64,000 bases of DNA from Hyphococcus sp. (lineage in GTDB: Bacteria; Pseudomonadota; Alphaproteobacteria; Caulobacterales; Parvularculaceae). Below the pieces are notes generated by a model. That model ran no database searches, was not told where the DNA came from, and saw only the letters and a list, made by a program, of their open reading frames with translations. How positions within the stretch are numbered: position 1 is the stretch's first letter; each line of letters starts with the position of its first letter. The position numbers were made by a program, and so were the translations under genes. The DNA is taken from positions 477,055 to 541,054 of the forward strand of contig NZ_OZ253945.1 in NCBI RefSeq assembly GCF_965267305.1, read 5' to 3'. This document shows positions 47,152 through 56,872 of this stretch, one piece after another.

Positions 47152-49785
47152 ATGCGCATCACTCAGAAAATTTCGCTTACGCTCACCTTGGCTTTTCTTG
47201 CGTTATGCGGTTTTTTGGGAGCCGCATTACAACTGTCCATTGCGCCGCAATTCACGGCATTAGAGCTTGAGAAAGCGCAGGATAATTACGAGCGCGCTCA
47301 CAATATCGTCGACCGGGAGCTTCGTCAGCTTGAAGCCTATCGCCGTGATTACGGCGTCTGGGACGATGCATATGATTTCGTCAAGGGAGACAATCCTGAC
47401 TTCCTTGAAGAAGAATTGCCGCTTCCGCTTTTGCAGGAGCTAGGCCTCAATCTTTATCTTTATCTGAGCGCCGACGGGTCGATCATTGACGGCGTTGCGA
47501 TAGACGGACCGTTGGAAAAAGAAATCGGCGTCACCGCCTATGCCCCCTCCGGTCTTCAAAGCTGGGCCGATTTTCAGCAACGTCTTGCGCCGGATGATAT
47601 TGCGCAGACGGTGATCGCCACCCGCGCCGGGCTTATGCTTGTCGCTTATGCGCCCGTGACCAGGACGGACGGAAGCGGCGAGTATGTCGGCCATTTGCTC
47701 ACCGGCCGGCTCATCGACGCGAGCTTCCTTGCGGAGTTGCAAAACCAGACGCGGGTCGACATGGACTTAAAGCCGGTAGAATCTGTCCCGGCGCTGGCTG
47801 CGCTGGCAAAGCAATCGGTGGACCGCGCGGATGGATTTGTCACCATATCCGCTCCCCTGCGAGGGATCGATGGCGTCCCTGTCGCCATGCTTGTGGCGCG
47901 CACGCCATTTGAGATCACCGCAATAGGGCAGCGTACAATTCTTTCAGCCTTCGCATGGCTCATATTGGTCGCCCTGCTCTTTATCGGCATTGTCAGCCGC
48001 TTGTTGCAGGTGCTGGCTGTGCGGCCTATCGAGCGCCTGACCGCGATCATGAAAGCTGCAGGCGCGGAAAAGCCTGCAATCGATGCAGAGCTCGCCAGCC
48101 ACAAGGATGAAGTCGGCGTCCTTTATGCAAATTTCAACAACCTGCTTGGGCGCATCGACAAACACACAAAAGAACTGGCGACGGCGCTCGCTGCAGCGGA
48201 ATCGGCTGAACGCGCCAAGGCTCACTTCCTCGCAAATATGAGTCACGAGATCCGTACGCCCATGAATGGCGTCATGGGCATGGCGGAACTTCTGGCGCGA
48301 ACGCCCCTTTCCGAGACGCAGAAATCCTTCGTCGACGTGATCGGAAAATCGGGCGAAGCGCTGCTCACCATCATCAATGACATTCTGGATTTTTCGAAGC
48401 TCGACGCGGGTATGGCCACGCTCCACCCGGAGCCGTTTGTTCTCGCCGACATTGTGGACGACGTCTCTGCGCTGATCGCTGCGCGCGCAAAAGACAAGGA
48501 TCTCGAACTGGCTGTCCGGATCGATCCGAAACTGCCAATGAGCTTTGTCGGCGATGCGGGACGGTTGCGGCAGATTCTCATCAACCTCGCTGGAAATGCG
48601 GTCAAATTCACCGATGAAGGCAATGTTTTGATCGACGTGGCTCCGGATTCCGACCCGGACGACGAGCGCGTCGCGATCAGAATTTCAGTGATCGACACGG
48701 GCGTCGGCATCTCCGAAAACAAGCGGGCCGAAATCTTCGAGAAATTCAGCCAGGCCGACACGTCTTCGACTCGGGCCCATGAAGGCACAGGTCTCGGCCT
48801 CGCCATTGCCAAGTCGCTGGTTGAACTTATGGGCGGAAAGATTGGCGTCGAGTCGGCGCCGGGCGCCGGTTCGACCTTCTGGTTCACGATCGTGCTGCCG
48901 GTGAACACGCAAGAGCTGCCTGAGACGGAAGCGGCCGAGGACGTGACCGGAATGCGCATCCTCATCGTCGACGATAATGACGTGAACCGCCGCATCCTTG
49001 AGGAACAAGTTTCGTCCTGGGGCTGCCCGGCGCTCGGCTGCGCCAGCGGCGCGGCCGCGCTGAAGGAATTGGCCAACGCTCAGCGGAACGGGGACCCGTT
49101 CGATCTCGTCATCATGGATTATCATATGCCCGGCATGAATGGCGCGCAGGCGGTGCAGCGCATCAGGGGCGATGAGAAAATCTCGTCGACGCCGGTCATT
49201 ATGCTGACGTCTGTGGACCAGGCGAACGCCGGCGAAATATTCGACGCCATTGGCGTCAGCGCCTATCTGACCAAACCTGTCCGCTCCGCCGCCTTGCGCC
49301 GCGCTGCCGGGCAGGTTCTCCATAAGTTCGAAAGCAACGATCGCGAAACGGAAAGCATTCCTGTTGCAACGCTGGAGCCGCGCGCAACAGGCGCTGCCGT
49401 CGACGTGCTGGTGGCCGAGGATAACGAGGTCAACAGGCTTGTGCTGTCGCACATCCTGAAAGGCGGCGGCTACCGTTTCGAGATGGCTACAAACGGGCGC
49501 GAAGCCGTGGAAAAGTTCAAGGCGCTAAAGCCGAAGCTGATCCTCATGGACGTCTCGATGCCGGAGTTGAACGGGCTCGAGGCGACCAGGGAAATTCGGC
49601 GCTTGGAAGCGGACGGACCAACCCACACGCCGATCATCGGCGTAACCGCTCACGCCGTGAAGGGGGACCGTGAGGAATGCCTCAGCGCCGGCATGGACGA
49701 CTACATGCCAAAGCCGGTTTCTCCCGCGAGATTGACCGAGAAAATCGAACAGCATTTGATGGCGGCTGCTTCCGACGCGGCTTAG
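47152..49785 (+). CDS. hybrid sensor histidine kinase with a periplasmic sensor domain and two receiver domains
   Basis: It has two TM helices flanking a sensor domain of ~250 aa. The H-box is FLANMSHEIRTPMNGV, and N/G boxes are present. REC1 contains ILIVDDNDVN..DLVIMDYHMPGMNG and REC2 contains VLVAEDNEVN..LILMDVSMPELNG. Confidence 0.9.
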   Translation: MRITQKISLTLTLAFLALCGFLGAALQLSIAPQFTALELEKAQDNYERAHNIVDRELRQLEAYRRDYGVWDDAYDFVKGDNPDFLEEELPLPLLQELGLNLYLYLSADGSIIDGVAIDGPLEKEIGVTAYAPSGLQSWADFQQRLAPDDIAQTVIATRAGLMLVAYAPVTRTDGSGEYVGHLLTGRLIDASFLAELQNQTRVDMDLKPVESVPALAALAKQSVDRADGFVTISAPLRGIDGVPVAMLVARTPFEITAIGQRTILSAFAWLILVALLFIGIVSRLLQVLAVRPIERLTAIMKAAGAEKPAIDAELASHKDEVGVLYANFNNLLGRIDKHTKELATALAAAESAERAKAHFLANMSHEIRTPMNGVMGMAELLARTPLSETQKSFVDVIGKSGEALLTIINDILDFSKLDAGMATLHPEPFVLADIVDDVSALIAARAKDKDLELAVRIDPKLPMSFVGDAGRLRQILINLAGNAVKFTDEGNVLIDVAPDSDPDDERVAIRISVIDTGVGISENKRAEIFEKFSQADTSSTRAHEGTGLGLAIAKSLVELMGGKIGVESAPGAGSTFWFTIVLPVNTQELPETEAAEDVTGMRILIVDDNDVNRRILEEQVSSWGCPALGCASGAAALKELANAQRNGDPFDLVIMDYHMPGMNGAQAVQRIRGDEKISSTPVIMLTSVDQANAGEIFDAIGVSAYLTKPVRSAALRRAAGQVLHKFESNDRETESIPVATLEPRATGAAVDVLVAEDNEVNRLVLSHILKGGGYRFEMATNGREAVEKFKALKPKLILMDVSMPELNGLEATREIRRLEADGPTHTPIIGVTAHAVKGDREECLSAGMDDYMPKPVSPARLTEKIEQHLMAAASDAA

Positions 49786-49793
49786 GACGAGAC

Positions 49794-50309
49794 CTAGGCC
49801 CCGTCTCCCATGCAGGCGCGGATGACGCGGCGGTAGGCTGTGTCGTTCGGCAATGTCATGCCGCCGCCGGGCGAAACCACCCTGATCGGCTTTTGCGTGT
49901 CAAGGATCAGCCGCACGAAAGGGTGGTTCGCAGGCAGCGCGCCTTCGGTCATGGGAAGCTCGCCCTGATTGGCTTCCATGGGGATTTCCTGGCGGCCTTC
50001 GGCGAGCTGGATCGAGATCACCTCATCCTCATTATGGGCGTGCTGAAACATCACCTGCCCCTGGCGGCAAGCGACCACGAACATGGCTTCGCTGCGCGGC
50101 GGCCCGAAGCCCGCCCAAGGATAGCCGTTGCTTTCCTTGTAAAACCATTCGCCAGAAACCGTCTCGGCGGCGGAAGGGATTTCTTCGGGCGCAGGCTCTA
50201 CGGCGGTGGTCAGTTCTTCATCGCCGCCCCTGTCGCCGCAGGCGGCGATGACGGCGGCGCAAGCGGCGAGGGCCATTGCTTTGAATGCAGTCCGATCCAT
50301 GAGGCTCAA
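49794..50309 (-). CDS. hypothetical lipoprotein
   Basis: It has the lipobox AVIAAC after a signal peptide. It lies downstream of, and co-oriented with, the serine hydrolase gene. Confidence 0.55.
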   Translation of the reverse strand: MSLMDRTAFKAMALAACAAVIAACGDRGGDEELTTAVEPAPEEIPSAAETVSGEWFYKESNGYPWAGFGPPRSEAMFVVACRQGQVMFQHAHNEDEVISIQLAEGRQEIPMEANQGELPMTEGALPANHPFVRLILDTQKPIRVVSPGGGMTLPNDTAYRRVIRACMGDGA

Positions 50310-50357
50310 ACAGGAGATTTGACCGATTGGTTCCCGCGCTGGGCGTTGGCGAACCTT

Positions 50358-51473
50358 CTAATTTCCTGGGGTTAACAGCAACTCTGCCGCGATCGCCTCA
50401 ACCGCCATATCTCCGTTCACCTCAACGCCATCCGAGGATGCGAAAATAATCACGCCATGGTCTGCGAAATCCGACCAATTCGAGATGAAATGCGGGTTGC
50501 CGCCATTATGCCAGTAGACGCGCCCGAATTGCGGGTGATCGTCCACGACCATGCCGTAGCCGGCGAAGGTGGGCGCGCCTTCGCCTTCGCGCACCATGGG
50601 TGTCTGTCCGAGATTGACGGCGGCGTTTGAATGGAGCTTGCGCGCAGCGAAAGCGCGCCGGAAAGCGATCATATCTTGCGCCGTAACCAGCATGCCGCCA
50701 TTGCCGATCAACGCCCAATGGGACCTTCCGCCCCAGCTCGCCTCGTCGATCGTTTCACCGTCGGCCGTCATCATGGATCGCGTCGCATCGAACGCAGCTT
50801 CATACCCGATTTCCGTCGCATCAATTCCGGCGAGCAAGTCCTCGCGAATGTAAGTCTCGTAATTCTTGCCGCTGAGGGTTTCGATGATGGCGGCGACGAG
50901 CGAATAGCCGACATTTGAGTATTCATAGGCAGAACCGGGCTCGAACAGCAGCGGCGCAGCGAAGGCGCGTTTCAGGAACTCGTCTTTGGGCAAATAGTCG
51001 AGATCTTCGCCCACGGCTGGCGGCAGCCCGGCGGAATGGGTGAGAATCTGGTGCACGGTGATTTTCGCCTTGTCGGCGGGCGCCTCGGGAAAGAATTTCT
51101 CAAGCCTGTCGGAGGTCTGAAGCTTTCCTTCGTCGATGAGCTTGAGCGCGGCCGCGGCGGTGAAGGTTTTGGTGATGGAGCCGCTGTCGAGCAGGGTCGT
51201 CTCATCTGGCGTTCCCTGCACTGCGCCTTCGCCGAACCCTGCATAGACCGGGGCCTCGCCGTCATAGGCGATGGCGACGACGCCCTTGAAGTTCATCTCC
51301 TCCAGCCTCGCCTTCGCAGCCTCGATGCGCCGTTCTTTTTGGTTGGTCTCGACAACCGGTGGGGCATCCTCCGCGGCGCAGGCGGGCAGCGGTGCGAGTG
51401 CCAAGCAGAGCGCGGCGAAACGATGGCGCGGCGCGATGCGCCGTCTGGGGGCGGGTTGGTTCGCTGAGATCAT
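50358..51473 (-). CDS. serine hydrolase, class-C beta-lactamase family (exported)
   Basis: About 371 aa from ATG 51473. It has a signal/lipobox PLPAC and the S-I-T-K motif (LDSGSITKTF). The long upstream extension of the listed ORF is Arg/Pro-rich junk. Confidence 0.8.
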   Translation of the reverse strand: MISANQPAPRRRIAPRHRFAALCLALAPLPACAAEDAPPVVETNQKERRIEAAKARLEEMNFKGVVAIAYDGEAPVYAGFGEGAVQGTPDETTLLDSGSITKTFTAAAALKLIDEGKLQTSDRLEKFFPEAPADKAKITVHQILTHSAGLPPAVGEDLDYLPKDEFLKRAFAAPLLFEPGSAYEYSNVGYSLVAAIIETLSGKNYETYIREDLLAGIDATEIGYEAAFDATRSMMTADGETIDEASWGGRSHWALIGNGGMLVTAQDMIAFRRAFAARKLHSNAAVNLGQTPMVREGEGAPTFAGYGMVVDDHPQFGRVYWHNGGNPHFISNWSDFADHGVIIFASSDGVEVNGDMAVEAIAAELLLTPGN

Positions 51474-51553
51474 TGACTTATCCTTTTGCAGGTTGATTCC
51501 GGCGGACTGTGTCGGAAATCCGCCCATTAAGTCCTGAGGAAAGGTCACGAAAC

Positions 51554-52132
51554 ATGTCCGTGACGGAGTTTCCGGCCGCCGGCGAGGCTTCGGCGCTGCA
51601 AAATCGCCCTCTGCGAATCGGCGCAGCGGTCTACCATCCCGCTGGCCGCATGCTCGATGCGGGCGGGCAAAGGCTGCTGCTCGAGCCGCGGCTTGGCGAT
51701 CTCTTGATGAGACTCGCCGGCGCGGGCGGACCGGTGGCGCGCGAAACGCTGCTTGACGATGTCTGGGGGGACGACGGCTCCGACGAAGCGCTGACCCAGG
51801 CGATCTCGAAACTCCGGCGATCCCTGGGCGATGAAGAGCGGCCCTATCGCTACATCGAGACGATTCCGAAATTCGGCTATCAGCTTCATGGGGCGCGAAT
51901 AGAGGCTTCGCCGCCGCAAGCTGGCCGGCTATCACCGGTGAAGGTGCTGATGGCGCATGTCGCCGGGCGCGGGGAATTTTATAAAGGCCTTGCGGCCGGG
52001 GTCGGTCTGATGCTGGCCGCGATCGCCGTTTACAAGGCGATGACGCCGCCGGTCAGCATTGAGCGGGAGATGATCCTGTGCCCGCCGGGCGCGCCGGAAA
52101 ACGAGTGTGCGGCGGTGCTTGACCGGTCTTGA
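51554..52132 (+). CDS. ToxR/CadC-like membrane-anchored winged-helix transcriptional regulator
   Basis: It has an OmpR/PhoB-type DNA-binding domain ([13 protein letters not shown]...LLDDVWG...ISKLRRSL...[11 protein letters not shown]) and no receiver domain. One TM helix ([16 protein letters not shown]) and a short tail follow. Confidence 0.75.
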   Translation: MSVTEFPAAGEASALQNRPLRIGAAVYHPAGRMLDAGGQRLLLEPRLGDLLMRLAGAGGPVARETLLDDVWGDDGSDEALTQAISKLRRSLGDEERPYRYIETIPKFGYQLHGARIEASPPQAGRLSPVKVLMAHVAGRGEFYKGLAAGVGLMLAAIAVYKAMTPPVSIEREMILCPPGAPENECAAVLDRS

Positions 52133-52194
52133 GAGCATTTGCGCCGACGCCCCAACCGGCCTATGGAGGCGCCTGTCAGCGAACAGGACCTCCC

Positions 52195-54939
52195 ATGACC
52201 GCCATCACCCCGGAAATCGTCGCCGAGCACGGCCTCAAACCCGACGAATATGAGCGCATCAAGGCGCATATGGGCCGCGAGCCGAACCTCGTCGAACTGG
52301 GGATTTTCTCGGTCATGTGGTCGGAGCATTGCTCCTACAAATCCTCGCGGCGGCATCTGAAAAAACTCCCGACCTCCGCGCCCTGGGTGATCTGCGGGCC
52401 TGGCGAGAACGCCGGCGTCATCGACATTGGGACGGACAAGGACGGGGTTCCGCTCGCCGCCATTTTCAAGATGGAAAGCCACAACCATCCGAGTTTCATC
52501 GAGCCCTATCAGGGCGCGGCGACCGGCGTCGGCGGCATCATGCGCGACGTCTTCACCATGGGCGCGCGGCCCGTCGCCAATATGAACGCCCTGCGCTTCG
52601 GCGACTGGTCACACGCGAAAACGCGCCACCTCGTCGGCGGCGTCGTCGCGGGCATCGGCGGCTACGGCAACTGCATGGGCGTCCCGACGGTCGGCGGGGA
52701 GACCAATTTCCATCGCGGCTATAACGGCAATATCCTCGTCAACGCGATGACGGTGGGGATCGCCGAGAAGGCGAAGATTTTCTATTCCGCCGCGCGCGGG
52801 GCAGGGAACCCGGTCGTCTATGTGGGCTCGAAAACGGGCCGCGACGGCATTCACGGCGCCACCATGGCCTCAGCTGAATTCGACGACGCCTCCGAGGAAA
52901 AACGCCCCACGGTTCAGGTCGGCGATCCGTTCACGGAGAAACTGCTGCTCGAAGCCTGTCTTGAGCTGATGGCGTCGGACGCCATCATCGCCATTCAGGA
53001 TATGGGCGCGGCGGGCCTAACTTCGTCCTCCGTCGAAATGGCGGCGAAAGGGGGCGGCGGGTTTGAATTGAACCTCGACAATGTGCCCCAGCGCGAAGAG
53101 GGCATGACGGCCTATGAGATGATGCTGTCTGAAAGCCAGGAGCGCATGCTCATGGTGTTGAAGCCGGGCAGGGAAGATGCGGCGCGGGCGATTTTCGAGA
53201 AATGGGGCGTCGATTTCGCGGTTATTGGCGTGACGACGGACTCTGGGCGCCTCGTCATCAAGCACAAAGGCGAAACTGTCGCCGACATGCCGGTGCCGCC
53301 GCTCGCCGACGATGCGCCCAATTACGACCGGCCCTACGAGCCGCAACCGAAGCCTGCAACGCTTCCCGATCCAACGGTCGCCTATCGCGAGGCGCAGGCG
53401 ATCCTGAAAGCCCCGGGCAAGTCCGAAGAGGAAATGCGCACCATCGCCGAGGCGCTGATCGCCGACCGGCTTTCCGATGCGGACCTTGTGGACGCCGTCG
53501 GGCTCACAATTATTCCGGGCCAGGCGAAAATTTACGCGCGCTCGAAACCCGAAGGCGTGCGGTTCGACGGCTTTGAGGAGGCGGCGCGCAATCTCGCAAC
53601 CGGCAATGTGGTGGAGACCGCGGAAGTCGAACAGCGCGAGGAGCAATTGTCCCTCGCCGACGCGCCCGGCGGCGACACCATGCTGACCGCGCTCGCGAAA
53701 CTCATGGGATCGCCCGATCTTTGCTCGCGCCGCTGGATCTGGGAGCAATATGATTACACCGTCATGGGCGACACGGTCATCGCACCCGGCGGCGACGCGG
53801 CGCTGGTGCGCATTCACGACACCAACCGGGCCATCGCCATCACGACCGATGTGACGCCGCGCTATGTGAAGGCCGACCCCCATGAGGGCGGCAAGCAGGC
53901 GGTCGCCGAGACCTATCGCAATATCTGCGCGACGGGCGCCGCGCCGCTCGCCATCACCAACTGCCTCAATTTCGGCAATCCGGAACGCCCGGAAATCATG
54001 GCGCAGTTCGTCGGTGCCATCGAAGGCATGGCGGAAGCCTGCGAGGCGCTGAACTATCCGGTCATTTCAGGCAACGTCTCGCTCTATAACGAAACCAACG
54101 GCGTTGCGATCCCGCCGACCCCGGCGATTGGCGGCGTCGGCGTTCTCGAAGACGTCACGAAGGCTGTGCGCGTCGGCGGCGCGGAGGCGGGCGAGGAGCT
54201 GATCGCCATTGGCGTCACCCGCGGCTGGCTCGGCCAGTCGCTATACCTTCGCGAGCTTTTCAGCATGGAGGAGGGCGCGCCGCCGCCTGTCGATCTCGCC
54301 GCTGAACGCAAGACCGGCGAATTGATCCGTAAGCTGATCGATGAAGGCCTCGTCACCGCCTGTCACGACGTCTCCGATGGCGGCATCCTCGTCGCCGCTG
54401 CAGAGATGGCGCTTGCGGCGGGCCGAGGCCTTAACCTGCAGACGCCAGTGAAAGCGCGCAAGGCCGCCTTCTGGTTCGGCGAGGATCAGGGGCGCTACTT
54501 GGTCGCCGCCGCGCCGGCCGCCGCCGACACGCTGCTCCTCAAGGCGGCGATGGCGGGCGTGCAGGCGTCGAAACTCGGCCGCTTCGGCGGGCCGGACCTG
54601 TTGCTGGACGGCAGGGACGCCCTGTCGCTCCTTGATTTGTCTGATATTTTTGAATCTGCGCTGCCCGATTACATGAAGGGGCCACGCAGAAAGGAGACTT
54701 CACCCATGCCCATGGCCGGAGACGACATCAAAAAGCTGATCCTCGAAGCGCTGCCCGATGCGGAGATCGAACTCGAAGACCTCGCTGGCGACAACGATCA
54801 TTGGCGCGCGCGCATTATCTCGTCCGCCTTCAACGGCAAGTCCCGGGTGCAGCAGCACCAGTTGGTCTACCGCGCCCTGAAAGGCCGCATGGGCGGCGAG
54901 CTTCACGCCCTGGCGCTGGAGACGGAGGCGAAAGAGTAA
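52195..54939 (+). CDS. purL: phosphoribosylformylglycinamidine synthase subunit PurL; the reading frame continues without a stop into a BolA-like module
   Basis: It contains PurL motifs ([23 protein letters not shown], and two AIR-synthase-like halves). No stop codon lies between ...LPDYMKG and the BolA-like sequence, and the frame ends at TAA 54937-54939. Confidence 0.88.
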   Translation: MTAITPEIVAEHGLKPDEYERIKAHMGREPNLVELGIFSVMWSEHCSYKSSRRHLKKLPTSAPWVICGPGENAGVIDIGTDKDGVPLAAIFKMESHNHPSFIEPYQGAATGVGGIMRDVFTMGARPVANMNALRFGDWSHAKTRHLVGGVVAGIGGYGNCMGVPTVGGETNFHRGYNGNILVNAMTVGIAEKAKIFYSAARGAGNPVVYVGSKTGRDGIHGATMASAEFDDASEEKRPTVQVGDPFTEKLLLEACLELMASDAIIAIQDMGAAGLTSSSVEMAAKGGGGFELNLDNVPQREEGMTAYEMMLSESQERMLMVLKPGREDAARAIFEKWGVDFAVIGVTTDSGRLVIKHKGETVADMPVPPLADDAPNYDRPYEPQPKPATLPDPTVAYREAQAILKAPGKSEEEMRTIAEALIADRLSDADLVDAVGLTIIPGQAKIYARSKPEGVRFDGFEEAARNLATGNVVETAEVEQREEQLSLADAPGGDTMLTALAKLMGSPDLCSRRWIWEQYDYTVMGDTVIAPGGDAALVRIHDTNRAIAITTDVTPRYVKADPHEGGKQAVAETYRNICATGAAPLAITNCLNFGNPERPEIMAQFVGAIEGMAEACEALNYPVISGNVSLYNETNGVAIPPTPAIGGVGVLEDVTKAVRVGGAEAGEELIAIGVTRGWLGQSLYLRELFSMEEGAPPPVDLAAERKTGELIRKLIDEGLVTACHDVSDGGILVAAAEMALAAGRGLNLQTPVKARKAAFWFGEDQGRYLVAAAPAAADTLLLKAAMAGVQASKLGRFGGPDLLLDGRDALSLLDLSDIFESALPDYMKGPRRKETSPMPMAGDDIKKLILEALPDAEIELEDLAGDNDHWRARIISSAFNGKSRVQQHQLVYRALKGRMGGELHALALETEAKE
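54706..54939 (+). CDS. BolA-family protein (possible independent translation product nested in the purL frame)
   Basis: 77 aa. It contains [54 protein letters not shown] lies 7 nt upstream of the ATG at 54706. Confidence 0.7.
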   Translation: MPMAGDDIKKLILEALPDAEIELEDLAGDNDHWRARIISSAFNGKSRVQQHQLVYRALKGRMGGELHALALETEAKE

Positions 54940-54940
54940 A

Positions 54941-55582
54941 ATGGATAGCATAAGCCTCCCACTATTCGGTGTAGCTTGTGCATTACTTTCTGGAGATAGC
55001 AGTGGCGCTATTACTGAAAGCGCCAAGGGAGTATTAGAATCTTATTTTGTCCGGCGAACAAGTGACGCCAGACGTATATTATTGAATGAAGTTGGCGAAG
55101 GGAAAATATCAGACCTAGAGGCGCGAGATAGAGATGCCACGATACACCTGCTTTATACATTTTTAGAAGCCAGCATACGGGGAAGAGCGCGAGAAAACCT
55201 AGTGCTCCTTGCTCGTCTCATTGCCGGTCTAAAGACAGATGATGATTTATTTTCAGATCAATTCGATCGTTTTCAGCGGGAATTGGCTCAGCTAGATAAA
55301 GAAGAGATTATTATACTTTCCTATGCGGCTCAAAAATTAAAGAAGCAGAAGGAAAAATTGAAAAACGTCAATGTAAGTTATGTCCATCTTTCTGGGTTTG
55401 GCGACGAGGCAGAATTTAAAGGCATACATGTTTACGAAGTACTGTCTCGCCTTGTTCGGACGGGGTTCATTGCAACTGACTACGCCAATAGTAGTATTGA
55501 CAGTGTGGCCCCTCTGTTTCTAACCACAACCCGTTTCAAGGAACTAATTGAGCTCATTCACTTTGATGGTTTGGGCATATAG
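54941..55582 (+). CDS. hypothetical protein on a low-GC islet
   Basis: 213 aa. The ATG lies 1 nt after the bolA stop. Sampled 60-nt stretches give about 32-45% G+C, against ~70% just upstream. The protein is helical and charged, and I recognise no domain. Confidence 0.6.
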   Translation: MDSISLPLFGVACALLSGDSSGAITESAKGVLESYFVRRTSDARRILLNEVGEGKISDLEARDRDATIHLLYTFLEASIRGRARENLVLLARLIAGLKTDDDLFSDQFDRFQRELAQLDKEEIIILSYAAQKLKKQKEKLKNVNVSYVHLSGFGDEAEFKGIHVYEVLSRLVRTGFIATDYANSSIDSVAPLFLTTTRFKELIELIHFDGLGI

Positions 55583-55693
55583 CGCCCATCGTGTCAGCCT
55601 GATAAACCGTGCTTTTCTTGCGGCGAACCGAATTGCCTTTGCGCGCCGTCTCTCTAAGACTGAGTGAGACAAATGTAGCGGGAGCGGGGCGGC

Positions 55694-56794
55694 ATGAGCA
55701 TCAGAACTATCGGCAAGTTTGCCGCGGCCTTCAGCCTCGCCGCCTGCAGCGCTGCGGAACAGGCGCCGTCGGCGCCTTCCGGGCCCGACATCCCTGCGCT
55801 TATGTCCGCCGCGAAGGTTCCCGGCCTTGCCATTGCGGTCATCGACGACTGCAAGATCGATGACGTTTCCTATTACGGCGTCGCGGACGTGGAGACGGGT
55901 GAAGCCATCGGCCCCGATACCATTTTCGAAGGCGCATCCCTGACCAAGACGATCTTCACCGTTATCGTCAATCAGCTCGCTGACGAAGGCGTCATCGATC
56001 TCGACGAACCGCTGGCGGCGAGTTTCGACTATCCGCGCGTCACCGACCAACAGGCTTACGCGACATTGACGCCGCGCATCATTCTGGCGCATCGCTCCGG
56101 CTTTCCCAACTGGGCGAGCGACCCGAACGACGAAGAGACCTGGGGCGAGATCGCGTTCAAGAACGCGCCGGATGAAAAGTTCGGCTATTCCGGCGAGGCC
56201 TACCAAATGCTGCAGGCCTATGTAGAGGCGAAGACCGGCGAGAGCTTCGAGACGCTGTTCGAGGAGCGGTTCGGCGCGATGATGCCGAACACATTCCTGT
56301 CGGCGCCAGAGGAGGGCGCCGCGCTCGCCTTCGCCCACGACGATAACGGCGGCAAGGAAAAGGGCAGGCCCGTCAGACCCTCGCCCCGCGCTGGCGCCGC
56401 CTATTCGGTGTTGACCAATGCGGATGATTACGCCGCGTTCCTTGTTGAAGTTCACTGCAACGGCGCGGGCATGAGCGAGGAAGCCCGCGCGGAAATGCTG
56501 CGTCCGCAATCGCCCACGGACAATGAGCGAATTTCATGGGCGCTCGGCTGGGGCGTCCAGACCGGCGAACCGGAGTTTTATTTCCCCAAACTTTATTTTC
56601 ATTGGGGCGACAACGGCCAGTTCAAGGTCTTCGCCGCATTTAATAGCGAAACACAGGATGGCGTCGTCTACTTCGCCAACGCCAAGAACGGCCTCAAGAT
56701 CATCGAACCGCTGGCCGAACCGGTCATAGGGGACGTGACGCCCATGGCCGACTGGCTCGACTACGGGCGGCTCGAGGAAAGCGCCCCGGAATAG
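55694..56794 (+). CDS. serine hydrolase, class-C beta-lactamase family (lipoprotein)
   Basis: It has the lipobox SLAAC and the S-L-T-K motif (FEGASLTKTI). Confidence 0.8.
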   Translation: MSIRTIGKFAAAFSLAACSAAEQAPSAPSGPDIPALMSAAKVPGLAIAVIDDCKIDDVSYYGVADVETGEAIGPDTIFEGASLTKTIFTVIVNQLADEGVIDLDEPLAASFDYPRVTDQQAYATLTPRIILAHRSGFPNWASDPNDEETWGEIAFKNAPDEKFGYSGEAYQMLQAYVEAKTGESFETLFEERFGAMMPNTFLSAPEEGAALAFAHDDNGGKEKGRPVRPSPRAGAAYSVLTNADDYAAFLVEVHCNGAGMSEEARAEMLRPQSPTDNERISWALGWGVQTGEPEFYFPKLYFHWGDNGQFKVFAAFNSETQDGVVYFANAKNGLKIIEPLAEPVIGDVTPMADWLDYGRLEESAPE

Positions 56795-56872
56795 GGCGCT
56801 TGCCCCTCTCATGAGCCCCCGGTAGGGTCCGCGCCAACTCCTTCCCAGTTCAGTCTCCAAAGGACCTCCCCC

